Origin: a virus
Direction: 5' to 3' (one strand)
IMG/VR virus record: IMGVR_UViG_3300045921_000463
Span: 16,457 to 80,456 of that record
Length of the DNA stretch: 64,000 nucleotides
A program made the position numbers and the translations under genes. Shown here one piece after another: positions 9,673-18,987 of this stretch; within the stretch, counting starts at the first letter, position 1; each line of letters begins with the position of its first letter. The notes beneath the pieces are model-generated. The model was given only the letters and a program-made list of their open reading frames with translations. It was not told where the DNA came from and made no database searches.

Positions 9673-10314
9673 TTATAGCATGTTGGGGAAGTGTTTTGCG
9701 AGTTCCTTGCGTATCGCTTCTGCAACTTCGACATGTTCAAGCTGCGTACCGTTTCCCTCTCGAACTTCAAGATAATGTATCCACGAGCGCAAGCTTCCTG
9801 CCATGTAAAGGCGGCTCATGGTCAATCCTTCTGGAAGTATTGTACGAGCAGTTTCCTTTGCTACATCTAACCTGAGCGCATTGGAATAAACAAAATCAAC
9901 ATAACGAACAAGTATCGAAACAAGGATTTTCCACAGACGTTTTTTCCATTTCGGAAGATCATCTATGCTGTTTTGCCTGTTTTTGTGATCCTGTCGTCTT
10001 ATGTTTCGTTCACAGAACGTGGTTGCGGACGCATACCGCTGGGAGAACTCCTGAAACGAAAAACTTCTGTGTCTCAGTATCTGTCGCGCTATGTCGCGCG
10101 GACATTCTATTTCTACAACAGCGTGAACCATTTCGAAAGGGGACCAGTGCCCTTCTTTCACAAGGTAATCGAGCAGTTTTCCGCCAGTGTGATGGTGGTT
10201 TTGATTCTTTGGGTTGGAAACGCGAGCACAATACGCAACAAGAGCTTCCGGCTCCGGCGGAATACCGGAAGATTCAAGCGGCATGGTAACTGCTACAACG
10301 CGAACCCTTGTCAT
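9673..10314 (-). CDS. thyX: Flavin-dependent thymidylate synthase
   Basis: HWSPFE and RHRSFSFQEFSQRY ThyX motif. Confidence 0.96.
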   Translation of the reverse strand: MTRVRVVAVTMPLESSGIPPEPEALVAYCARVSNPKNQNHHHTGGKLLDYLVKEGHWSPFEMVHAVVEIECPRDIARQILRHRSFSFQEFSQRYASATTFCERNIRRQDHKNRQNSIDDLPKWKKRLWKILVSILVRYVDFVYSNALRLDVAKETARTILPEGLTMSRLYMAGSLRSWIHYLEVREGNGTQLEHVEVAEAIRKELAKHFPNML

Positions 10315-10856
10315 TGATCGCTTCTTTTGATCCTGATCTTGCGACTGACAACAGATGGAGTCTTTGCAGAAACCGTTTTGTCGAGGGAACGCCGCGTCTT
10401 GCGCTTTATGTCGGTAGCCTGCGGAACCACGATGAACTCGTCATTTGAGTTCTCAAGATCGAGTTCCTTGATGCGGATGTTGTAGTTGTCGCCCTTGACC
10501 GGCGTTTCCAATAACAGGGTTACATCGGAACCGAGAATATTGGTAACGTCAGTCTTGCTGACGCGAATGCAGCGAAGGAACTGGTCTTCCGTGATTTCGC
10601 CGCCTTTCAACTTGGCGTACAGATCGGCAGGGTTGATGATGCTCGACTCCGCTGCATCGTAGGTAATCTCGTGACCGTTGGTGCGTATGGTTGTACCAAG
10701 CGTCCATTCGTTGGACTGAATCCTGTTCTTGAAGATGTTGCGAATTTCCGTGGAAAGACGATTGAAAGCGTTGGTGTGCTCCTTTTTCAGGCTATGCTGT
10801 TCAAGAAGCTTTACGAGAGCGGTTTTCAATTCGTTCGGAAGGGGCAACCTTGGCAT
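10311..10856 (-). CDS. Hypothetical protein
   Basis: 181-aa ORF, GGAG SD, coupled to thyX. Confidence 0.6.
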   Translation of the reverse strand: MPRLPLPNELKTALVKLLEQHSLKKEHTNAFNRLSTEIRNIFKNRIQSNEWTLGTTIRTNGHEITYDAAESSIINPADLYAKLKGGEITEDQFLRCIRVSKTDVTNILGSDVTLLLETPVKGDNYNIRIKELDLENSNDEFIVVPQATDIKRKTRRSLDKTVSAKTPSVVSRKIRIKRSDQ

Positions 10857-13800
10857 TGCAACGCTCCATGGGTTTTGTAGTGGTTTTATTGTATCGAGAA
10901 TTACTACTGTTGTAAAGTTTTTTCGTCGATAGTGCTGCTAGCTTTTCTTCAACCTCGCGCATTTTTGCAATAGTCTTTTCGTCCTGTGAATTTATATCTC
11001 TTAATTTTTTAAGCTCATCATTAAGAATGTGTCTGATTATATCCGTGTAAGTCCTGTTGCCGGACTCTACAGAGAAGTACTTTGGTTTTACTTCGTAGGT
11101 TTCGGCGAGGTTTCTGCCGATTTCGGCGTCAGCTACAATAGGAACGGTAGGCTTCCATCCGAACCACTTTTCGAGCGGCAGATTTTCCATTGTTTTCTTG
11201 ACAAGCCGCATCGTTTTGGCGGCATACTCTTCCTTGGCAATACAGATGATGGAATCGTGGATGAATCCGCATATCTTGATGTGCTCCCACAACCCTGTAT
11301 TGCGCAGATAGGGAACAAGAAGACCGATTGCCATGAGCCCAAGATCGGAAGCAAAGCTCTGCACTGGCGAGTTGATGCCCTGACGTATTGCCTGCTTCGC
11401 AATGGCCTCGTCGGAACTGTCAACCATCGGAAGATGTCGTATGCGTCCGTTGAAGGCCCGCACATATTTGTGCTTCTTTACCCATTGCTCGACGCGGCTA
11501 TGCCATTCTGCAAGGCGGGGATACGTCTCAAAGAACATTTCTCTAAGAGATGCCGCTTCCTCGTCCGTAAAGTCGATACCGTAATCGGTTTTGGCGTATT
11601 CGCGGAATTTTTTCCACCACATGCCGTATAAAAACCCGAAATTGACGCTGTTTCCAGAGATGGTGACACGTCCGTTTCGTCTGACAACAACATAGGAGGA
11701 CGGCACAGTGACACAGTATACTGTCTGATTGTCAGCAGTCGATACGGACCAGTTATTGCGCTTGAACGGATTACGCTCATTGCTTCTGAAAGAAACCTTG
11801 AATGTCTTGTTTGAGCAAGAAACGAGATTGCTTGTTCTGTTGGACAACGTACAGACAATCTGCACAAAATTGGCGTTCTTCCTTTTAGAAGACGAATAGA
11901 AACACAAGCTTCGTGACGACTTTTTGTAACTATGCCCATCCCAACGGGGCAACTCGTCGAGAAAGGCTTCCTTATCTATTACCGACAGTAGCGACACATC
12001 AAAAGTCTTGTCCGGCATGTATGCCATTATACGCTTTGCGACAGAATCCTTTTTCGGCAAGTAAAAGAAAGTTACTGCCTTTTTGTCAGAATCGAAAAAC
12101 ACACTGGTAGAGTAATCGACTCCAGCGGCGTCGAGCAGTTCACGGCATCTGTTTATTTTACGTTGCTTTGAAAAACCCAAACGGATTGCTCCATTGTTTT
12201 GGTAGCTTCCGTCAGCCTGAACCATTACAAGCAATCTGGTAAACAAGGGATCAGCATCAGTTGAATCTGGATAGTAACCTGCATGGCAGCTTAGTACGCT
12301 GCCAGCCGTATCGTTGTAGGTAAGGTCTTCCGCAGCACGCTCATACGGCATCTTTGTGTACCGACTGAACAAGAGCAGCCTGTGGTTTGGGGTTACGGCA
12401 AGATCGGTACTCTTGTCTTGTATGATTACTACTTTCTGATTTTCGTAGCGATGAAAAGCCAACGGCTTTACAAAGCTGATCACGCCGCTTTCCCACTGCG
12501 CAACTTCAACATCCTGCGGCAACCTGTCGAACCTGACAAATCCTGAGGTTGTCAGGATTTCCGTATCGCCAGTGTAGCATTTTGATTGGAATCTTTTGAG
12601 GTCTTGAACCTCTTTTGAAAGCTTCAAGAATTCTTCAACAGATATGCCCATGATACCCGCCGCAGTCGAGCGGTGAATGTCGCCGCCTTCCTGATAGACC
12701 TGCATCATACGTTCGTCGCCGCTGATCATTGCTGCGATTCGCAACTCGGCCTGCGAAAGGTCAAGCTGAATGTAGACATGGCCTTCCGGGGCTTGAAACG
12801 CCTTTCTGAAAGTCTTTGCCATTTTCCCGCGCTTGGGAAAATTCTGACCATTGGGCGAATCTGAGCAACTACGACCTGTAGTCGTCTTGTGAAGAGAATA
12901 AGAAGGTCTGATACGCCCGTCATAGATGTACTTGTAGAAGCCCGAAATGTATGTATTCAGCATTTTCTGGTTCTTGATGTAGTCAGTAAGCCGCGCAATG
13001 AACGGATGGTCAGCAACATAGTAGGGAAGCGCCGTCTTTGACGAAACGGACGGCTTGCCGGTCTTGGTGTACTGCATTGGCTTCAAGCGCAGACCGTCGG
13101 GATGGTTGTAAAGGTAATCGACAAGGATTGCGTCACGATCAGGTTGCAGACCTACGCCTGTGTCTTTGTGAATGGACTTGATACTTACTGGAATCTGCGA
13201 AAGCAGCCATTCCTTTTCCTTCTCTTGGATGCCTCGCAAGTATTGCTCGAACTCTCTTAGGGCATCCACGTTTATGTAAAAGCCGGTCTGCTCCATGTAG
13301 CAGAAGGCGCGAATAGCGCGCATTACAGTCTTGCGATAGCAAGCCCAAAGTCTCTTGTCGCGCCGCAGTTTCGGCAATAACGTGTTATAGAGACGCAAGG
13401 CAGCGTCTGTATCGCCGCATCCGTAAGCTATCATCTTGTACGGCGGAACAAGGTCCATGCGCGTCTTGGACTGATGCACGGGGTCTTTGTTGAACTCGTC
13501 CGCATACCCCGCCATGGCAGGGACATGAAGTCTTGCAAGATCGTCTAGACTCTTGGAAAGGAGGTTTTCATCAATAAGGTGCGCCATCAGGATGGTATCG
13601 GCATGATAATTGGCAATCTGTATGCCGAGCTTGTAATGAAGCATCAGCCAGTCAAATTTCAGGTTATGGCCGATGACCTTTACTTTCGTATTCTCAAGCA
13701 GCCGTTTCAGTTGGGCAACTATTTTCGGTCTGTAGGTTTCATAGCCGCCCGGAAAGTCGATCACGTTGTGAAAGCGCAGATCGCCTGCATCATAATCTAC

Positions 13801-14529
13801 AGGCACAATGATACTTTCACCCGGCTTGATGCCGAGTTGAACCGTGAGAAGCCTAGTACTCGGATCGAACGGATACAATCCGACACTTTCGACATCGAGG
13901 GAAATGAGGCTTGGCGGGTCTTTCAGCAGATGTTCAAGATCGTAACACCAACGATAATTCACAGCGATCCTTGCGTGTGAGGCTTCGGCCTTGAACCCTC
14001 CTCTTGCAACGCGACCGAGAGTTTCAAGGTCTGCGAGGAAGATGTTCTCGGACTCCGGGTGCTTCCTTGCGAAGAATGGTGAGGTCATGGGAAGAACAGG
14101 AGTAGTTCCGAAGCTTTTGCTGGACTCCAGTACCTGCCCTCGAACCTTGGTTATCTGGACACTGCGCCCGATCACCTGTTGACAGGCTTTGGCACCCATC
14201 GGAACGATAATGAATGGCCGGAGTTCGTTTACAACCTCGACAAAGTGAGGCTCCCATTCCTTTAGAATCGAAGATACTGTCCTGTTGCTTGTGGATTCTT
14301 CGTAGGTAATGGAACGCGCGCACGAGAGAAATATTACGTCCTTTTCTTTCAGGCCGGTATGTTTCAATACGCGGGAACCAAGCCATTCAAGATCGTCCTT
14401 GCGAAGTGGAATGCTCAATGGCTGCGCAGAAATTACCGGATCGAGTACGACCATTACCTTGGCAGTCGTTCTTCCGAGGTGCGGAAGTCGTATTTCTACG
14501 CTGGCGTTTCTGTTGGTTGCCGCACTCAT
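10801..14529 (-). CDS. polA: Family A DNA polymerase with N-terminal UDG-like domain, 3'-5' exonuclease and an intein
   Basis: SLDVES, HNLKFD, YGCGD exo motifs; TTTGR; DLSQAELR motif A; K|intein|SVNFGFLYG motif B; IHDS motif C. Confidence 0.95.
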   Translation of the reverse strand: MSAATNRNASVEIRLPHLGRTTAKVMVVLDPVISAQPLSIPLRKDDLEWLGSRVLKHTGLKEKDVIFLSCARSITYEESTSNRTVSSILKEWEPHFVEVVNELRPFIIVPMGAKACQQVIGRSVQITKVRGQVLESSKSFGTTPVLPMTSPFFARKHPESENIFLADLETLGRVARGGFKAEASHARIAVNYRWCYDLEHLLKDPPSLISLDVESVGLYPFDPSTRLLTVQLGIKPGESIIVPVDYDAGDLRFHNVIDFPGGYETYRPKIVAQLKRLLENTKVKVIGHNLKFDWLMLHYKLGIQIANYHADTILMAHLIDENLLSKSLDDLARLHVPAMAGYADEFNKDPVHQSKTRMDLVPPYKMIAYGCGDTDAALRLYNTLLPKLRRDKRLWACYRKTVMRAIRAFCYMEQTGFYINVDALREFEQYLRGIQEKEKEWLLSQIPVSIKSIHKDTGVGLQPDRDAILVDYLYNHPDGLRLKPMQYTKTGKPSVSSKTALPYYVADHPFIARLTDYIKNQKMLNTYISGFYKYIYDGRIRPSYSLHKTTTGRSCSDSPNGQNFPKRGKMAKTFRKAFQAPEGHVYIQLDLSQAELRIAAMISGDERMMQVYQEGGDIHRSTAAGIMGISVEEFLKLSKEVQDLKRFQSKCYTGDTEILTTSGFVRFDRLPQDVEVAQWESGVISFVKPLAFHRYENQKVVIIQDKSTDLAVTPNHRLLLFSRYTKMPYERAAEDLTYNDTAGSVLSCHAGYYPDSTDADPLFTRLLVMVQADGSYQNNGAIRLGFSKQRKINRCRELLDAAGVDYSTSVFFDSDKKAVTFFYLPKKDSVAKRIMAYMPDKTFDVSLLSVIDKEAFLDELPRWDGHSYKKSSRSLCFYSSSKRKNANFVQIVCTLSNRTSNLVSCSNKTFKVSFRSNERNPFKRNNWSVSTADNQTVYCVTVPSSYVVVRRNGRVTISGNSVNFGFLYGMWWKKFREYAKTDYGIDFTDEEAASLREMFFETYPRLAEWHSRVEQWVKKHKYVRAFNGRIRHLPMVDSSDEAIAKQAIRQGINSPVQSFASDLGLMAIGLLVPYLRNTGLWEHIKICGFIHDSIICIAKEEYAAKTMRLVKKTMENLPLEKWFGWKPTVPIVADAEIGRNLAETYEVKPKYFSVESGNRTYTDIIRHILNDELKKLRDINSQDEKTIAKMREVEEKLAALSTKKLYNSSNSRYNKTTTKPMERCNAKVAPSERIENRSRKAS
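11650..12579 (-). mobile_element. Intein (310 aa) with LAGLIDADG homing endonuclease, in PolA motif B
   Basis: Starts CYTGDTEILT; block B VTPNHRL; LVMVQADGS and LPRWDGH endonuclease motifs; ends VYCVTV..RRNGRVTISGN before Ser. Confidence 0.93.
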
Positions 14530-15917
14530 CGCATGAAATCCAACATGCTGGGGTTGGGTGCAAGCGAGTTTCCTCGGCTTCGGGAAGATCGTGCCTGCGG
14601 CCTTTCCATTATTTCGATTCGCGGATCGTCCGGCTGCAAGAGCGAAAGGTCTATCGGCGAAGTCCTGTTTTCAGGATAGTTGCAGTACCAGTATCCGTCC
14701 TCGCCCTCGCGGCCCTTGAGAATGCCGAACACCCTTACCGATTTCTCGAAAGGATGAGGTCCGAGGTCCAGTCCGAAAACATGCGAAGCGGATTGGCCGA
14801 TAACGTCGGTTTCGCCGATTACCTCGACTCCAAGGTGTGCTATCGGATTGAAGCGCCGCGTCGATCCTGCCTGCTGTTCTTCATTGCGCTTTTGTGCGGC
14901 GCGGCGTCTTTCCTCGGCCTGCCTGTTGAACTGCATGGTGCTGACGATGGGTATTTTCCTGTCGGCAGCGCATTTTTTAAGTTCCTCAGCAACATCGGAT
15001 ATGGTTTCTCTGCGACCCGAGGAACCATATCTCTTTGTCTGCGGTTTTAGCAGGTACCCCGCGTCTATGTAGGAAATGTCGGGCTGGAACTGGTCTATGT
15101 AGGCTTCTACCTGCGGAACGGACCTGTCGAAATTGGCAGTCACCATGAACAAGGGCTGCATTTCGTTCATTTCCGCTATGGAGCGGCGAACAAGGTCTTG
15201 AGACGCGGTTGACACCGTTCCTGTGCGTATCAGGTTCGGGTTTATGCGGGAATGGAGACCTACCATTCGCCGCATCGTGGCACGTCCTTCCATCTCGTTC
15301 GAGACGAAAAGGATGCGATGACCCGCTTTCCATGCGTTATAGCACTGGTATAGAAGCGACCACGATTTTCCACGACCTACCCTGCCTACCCACACGATGT
15401 GATCGCCGGGCTGATAACCGCCGGTAACGTCATCAACCGCATCCCAGCCCGTAGTTACGCCGCGAAGTCCGTGGTAGGTGCTGCTGTCTTCGAACTCTTG
15501 AAGAATCTGCGCAAGAAGCGCGCGGCTGTCCTCGACACCGGAAGAGTCCGGCCCGAACCTGCGGCGTATGCTCGCAATCTCGTCGATGATCGCAAGCATC
15601 GCGGATACGTCGGATTGAGAACCCTTGAAACTTTCTCCGAGTCTGGCATACGGCTCCCGTAACAGGTTATAGAAAGCCCTGCGCTTTGCTTCATCGTAGT
15701 AGTATGAAGATGGCTCGTCAGGGTATGCGTTGATGCTGAAACGCCGCCGAAGCGTGTTGATAGTCGGAAACTTGTTGTGCTGCGCTACATGTACTCTGAC
15801 AAATTCGTAAAGTCGTTTTTCATCGTCTGTCCTGAGAAACTCGGATGGTATGTTCAGGAGACGGGAGCGTGACTTTTCCTTTACGACGGAAAGGACGAGG
15901 CTGATACCGACGCTCAT
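14526..15917 (-). CDS. dnaB: DnaB-like replicative helicase
   Basis: GVTTGW..D..GG, Walker A GRVGRGKS, SNEM, QFNR, KGREG. Confidence 0.88.
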   Translation of the reverse strand: MSVGISLVLSVVKEKSRSRLLNIPSEFLRTDDEKRLYEFVRVHVAQHNKFPTINTLRRRFSINAYPDEPSSYYYDEAKRRAFYNLLREPYARLGESFKGSQSDVSAMLAIIDEIASIRRRFGPDSSGVEDSRALLAQILQEFEDSSTYHGLRGVTTGWDAVDDVTGGYQPGDHIVWVGRVGRGKSWSLLYQCYNAWKAGHRILFVSNEMEGRATMRRMVGLHSRINPNLIRTGTVSTASQDLVRRSIAEMNEMQPLFMVTANFDRSVPQVEAYIDQFQPDISYIDAGYLLKPQTKRYGSSGRRETISDVAEELKKCAADRKIPIVSTMQFNRQAEERRRAAQKRNEEQQAGSTRRFNPIAHLGVEVIGETDVIGQSASHVFGLDLGPHPFEKSVRVFGILKGREGEDGYWYCNYPENRTSPIDLSLLQPDDPRIEIMERPQARSSRSRGNSLAPNPSMLDFMR

Positions 15918-15923
15918 GTGCGC

Positions 15924-16574
15924 TTAAGCGATTACGGTATCGTACAGTATCAGGTCCACAGTAGAGTCGGTGTAGATCGCTTCAAGATGCTTTCGAACAG
16001 TTGGCATATCCGGTTTCTTGGTTGGAAACCGCCAAGCCCCGAAAATTATCCTTCCGTGCAGGGAATGCTTGGCGATGCTGAGAAACTCGTAGAAGTGAGC
16101 CATAGCAGCAGGCTCGGACTTGAAGAATTGCTGCTGATGGCCGGACACTGCATCCGCGATGAAGATGTAATCCGATTCTTCTGCGTATTCGATGATACTT
16201 GGGGTGCCTCGCAGCGTGTTCTTGATCTGCGCAAGAGCAATGGTTGCTGGCGTGGCGTAGAAGACTGTTCCGATGCCGCACAGCAGGAATTCCGTTGCCG
16301 ATCCGCTGAAATCGGATTCATTCGTGATGAAAAGGCTGCGCGGAGCAACTTCGGCATTGACGATGTATTGAAGTTGCTTCTGGATTTCGGAAGAAACAAG
16401 TGATTTCGGAAGATCGCAAACTTTCATGTCTTTGATGGAGCGATTGCCGATCAGGGAACGAAAATAATCCAGCGGAACAACCGCCTTCGAAAGGTCTTCC
16501 ATGAGAACAGTAACCGGCATACTGCTTTCGCGAGGAAATAGCGTGTTATTGGCAGACGGCATGGTTACTCCCAT
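15924..16574 (-). CDS. Hypothetical protein, possibly a degenerate DnaC-like helicase loader
   Basis: Position directly before DnaB; SDYIFIAD resembles a Walker B; no intact Walker A. Confidence 0.4.
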   Translation of the reverse strand: MGVTMPSANNTLFPRESSMPVTVLMEDLSKAVVPLDYFRSLIGNRSIKDMKVCDLPKSLVSSEIQKQLQYIVNAEVAPRSLFITNESDFSGSATEFLLCGIGTVFYATPATIALAQIKNTLRGTPSIIEYAEESDYIFIADAVSGHQQQFFKSEPAAMAHFYEFLSIAKHSLHGRIIFGAWRFPTKKPDMPTVRKHLEAIYTDSTVDLILYDTVIA

Positions 16575-17218
16575 TCAGGTATGTTTTTCGCAGGTTTCGC
16601 TTTGCGAGGTCGCTTTATAGCAGGCTTTTTCTCGGATTGCAAGTCCCGGATTTTTGCTCTCAGCTTCATGATTTCGAATTCGCGTTTTCTGATTTCTTCC
16701 TGAGCGATGCGAACGACCTTGATGAGCGATTCCTGCTTCTCGGCAGCGCGCTCGTTTTCGCGCTTCCGTTCCGGCTCCTCGAAAACGCCATCCTTGAGCC
16801 GCTGGTAGTCGTAGAAGCACGAAACGTACAAGTCCGCGAAACGGAAAAGCCACGCCAGCGCAGGATACTCGGGATACTTCGAAAAACTGCGGAACTGCCG
16901 GGAATGCCGTATCGGCTTCCAGTTGTGAACGACGAAACCGGCAAAGTCCTGTACCGACAAACCCGCATCGCGGAGCGGTACCACGATCAACCGTTTCAGT
17001 TGCGGCACATCCCGTTTCTTCGACATCTGCATTACGGGAGCCGCAGGGAAGGACTCCCTGATCGCGGCACGCCAATAGCTATCGAAGATTCGAACGCCAT
17101 CTTCGATAGTATACCGCTTCGACCACTGGTCCAGCTTTTGCGCTTTCAGCGTCAGCGCGTGCGCTATCGCTTCCTGAGCGGAGGTGAACTGCTTGAGTGT
17201 ATGTGTACGTTTTTTCAT
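16565..17218 (-). CDS. Hypothetical replication-associated protein
   Basis: 217-aa ORF between origin-like region and loader/helicase; coiled C-terminus. Confidence 0.55.
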   Translation of the reverse strand: MKKRTHTLKQFTSAQEAIAHALTLKAQKLDQWSKRYTIEDGVRIFDSYWRAAIRESFPAAPVMQMSKKRDVPQLKRLIVVPLRDAGLSVQDFAGFVVHNWKPIRHSRQFRSFSKYPEYPALAWLFRFADLYVSCFYDYQRLKDGVFEEPERKRENERAAEKQESLIKVVRIAQEEIRKREFEIMKLRAKIRDLQSEKKPAIKRPRKAKPAKNIPEWE

Positions 17219-17224
17219 ACTCTA

Positions 17225-17530
17225 CCCTTGTTTAGATTTTTCTCGATTACACTAATTTCACATTTTTACTCTGATCTTTAGTTTTTAGATTTTTCCCTTT
17301 CTGCCTCGCGCGCGTACGCGCGCGTAGGTTGTATGTTGTTTAATATACCGTAAGGTATATTATATAGAGTCCGGCTGACCGGACTCTGGAGTCCGGCTGA
17401 CCGGACTTAGATTTTTCACAAAAACTGCTTTGTTTTGACCATTTTTTGAAGAATCCAGAATGTATGTTGAAGAATACGAGATATAAGAATTTGACATTTG
17501 AACGAGTCCGGTGGACCGGACTCTGTAAAA
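17225..17530. repeat. Putative replication origin: palindromic iterons plus AT-rich tract
   Basis: GAGTCCGG-N4-CCGGACTY at 17367-17386, 17389-17408 and 17504-17523; palindromes at 17307-17324 and 17341-17362; T-rich 17225-17300. Confidence 0.6.
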
Positions 17531-17535
17531 ATTTG

Positions 17536-18066
17536 TCAACGGTTTTCATCTTTTTCCCTCGCAATAAAGCCGCGAAGTGCCGCTCTGTCGAGCAAAATTT
17601 CATACTTGGAAGCGTAATGGATTGTGGCTTCCATTATAGCTGACATTATGGCTTGTCCGCGTTTTTTGTCGGATAGTAGGGCTTTTTTCAGTTCTTTTTC
17701 CGAACACACGTAATCGTACGGATAACAAGTTATTGAGAAGCCGCGTTTTTCTTGTTTTATCAGACCCATTTGTTTTAGTTTGTTGACAGACTCGTAAAAT
17801 TGTGATCGTCCTACTGCTGGCGCAGGTATGAGGAATTTCAGTTTCGCATAAGGCGTTTTTCCGCGTATGAGGTCTTCATACGTCATTGGTACGGGATCGG
17901 CTGCTCCAAACCTTGAAGTACGATCCCATATCCCCATGATTATCGCCTGCTCTGTCAGAGTCAAATATGGCAATATTGCGAACCGCAGAAACGTGACCGA
18001 ATCAAGCGCGTCATTGCGCAGATAATCGAAGGCTTGACAAACTTTCCGGTATTCGCTATTTATCAT
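17536..18066 (-). CDS. Putative replication initiator (winged-HTH, lambda O N-terminal-like)
   Basis: LTLTEQAIIMGIWDRT..G and GRSQFYESVNKLKQMGLI wHTH pattern; GAGGAG SD; iteron-like repeats immediately downstream. Confidence 0.55.
   Translation of the reverse strand: MINSEYRKVCQAFDYLRNDALDSVTFLRFAILPYLTLTEQAIIMGIWDRTSRFGAADPVPMTYEDLIRGKTPYAKLKFLIPAPAVGRSQFYESVNKLKQMGLIKQEKRGFSITCYPYDYVCSEKELKKALLSDKKRGQAIMSAIMEATIHYASKYEILLDRAALRGFIAREKDENR
18034..18062 (+). promoter_or_regulatory. Antisense sigma70-type promoter inside the 5' end of the initiator gene
   Basis: TTGACA-N17-TATTTA on the plus strand. Confidence 0.5.
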
Positions 18067-18163
18067 GACAGCTCCTCTCGTGGCTTCGTGCATTGAGTCT
18101 CCCTTTGCAGCTCCCTGTATGGGTGCTTCTCTGGTAGTTTTTCAATGCAGGTTTCGCAGCTTG

Positions 18164-18192
18164 AAGTTACGACGAGGGGCGGCTGGAGTCAA
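18164..18192 (-). promoter_or_regulatory. Sigma70-type promoter of the replication operon
   Basis: TTGACT-N17-TAACTT. Confidence 0.65.
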
Positions 18193-18212
18193 GCAGACGG
18201 GCTTCGGCCTTT

Positions 18213-18248
18213 GGGGGGAGAGCAGGCAAGCACTCTCCCCCTTTTTTT
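18213..18248 (+). terminator. Plus-strand intrinsic terminator
   Basis: GGGGGAGAG/CTCTCCCCC stem followed by T7; no U-tract in the minus direction. Confidence 0.7.
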
Positions 18249-18304
18249 ATTTCATGTTTTTGATTGGCGCGCGATCCAGCAGTGCCTTACCGTTTATAAC
18301 AATG

Positions 18305-18691
18305 TTATAGCTCCTTTCTCTTGTCTATCAGACGTATTGGTAGCCCTGATTTGATGGCTTTTCGAACCCTGTTAACCATGTCGTCTGTTTCGCGTCCACC
18401 CGGAGCCGCCAATACCACGTGCGGGTTTGTTTCGCGCAGCATCTGGTTGTTTCTTATGACGCCCGCGGCGTCTCCAAGCTCGGACCACCTGGCAGGGAAC
18501 ACCCGTATTCTGAATCCTGCTTGTCTTGCAATACGGCCAGCCAATCTGTCTGCGCCACGAGCACCGCCGTGTATAAGTTGTATCTGATCGCTTTCAAGAT
18601 CATTACCGACAGCTTCGAAAATCCAGCGACGAAGTTTGTCTTCATCGTGGAAATCCCTGCCGCCAGTAACAAGTAACCGCATTTTGATCAT
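18305..18691 (-). CDS. SLOG (YspA/DUF2493-like) protein
   Basis: LLVTGGRDF, IHGGARGAD, AGVIRNNQML, PGG..T.DM. Confidence 0.85.
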   Translation of the reverse strand: MIKMRLLVTGGRDFHDEDKLRRWIFEAVGNDLESDQIQLIHGGARGADRLAGRIARQAGFRIRVFPARWSELGDAAGVIRNNQMLRETNPHVVLAAPGGRETDDMVNRVRKAIKSGLPIRLIDKRKEL

Positions 18692-18987
18692 TTACAATCT
18701 TTCAAGTAGTAAAAAGATTGTATGCCGAACGATTTGTCTATTTCCAAAAATACCAGAGAAACGGGTTTTGAGGGCAAAGTGGCAGGAACATCGACAGGGG
18801 GCGTTTGAATGTCGTAGTACAGCGGTTTTCTCGGGGGTCTTCTGTATACAGGGGTGGTAGGAAGAAAAGGGCGCGGCGGGTCGTCAAGGATTGGCGGAAA
18901 GGGCTCCCTGACAGGATATGCAACAACAACATCAAGACAGGGAGGCGAGGTCATAAGCAATGCAGCCGCCACAACAAGGTATTTCAC
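18688..18987 (-). CDS. Hypothetical Pro-rich protein with signal-like N-terminus
   Basis: Coupled ORF with overlapping start/stop codons. Confidence 0.45.
   Translation of the reverse strand: MKYLVVAAALLMTSPPCLDVVVAYPVREPFPPILDDPPRPFLPTTPVYRRPPRKPLYYDIQTPPVDVPATLPSKPVSLVFLEIDKSFGIQSFYYLKDCK

Larger units (their letters stand above)
18068..18248 (+). ncRNA. Candidate antisense counter-transcript (about 180 nt)
   Basis: Bounded by the plus-strand promoter and plus-strand terminator; contains a GGC-TTCG-GCC hairpin. Confidence 0.4.

Noticed and set aside
17340-17603. Frameshift fusion of the initiator with the iteron-spanning ORF
   Set aside because: Would need a +1 shift without a convincing signal; an independent ATG with SD at 17549 explains the ORF equally well
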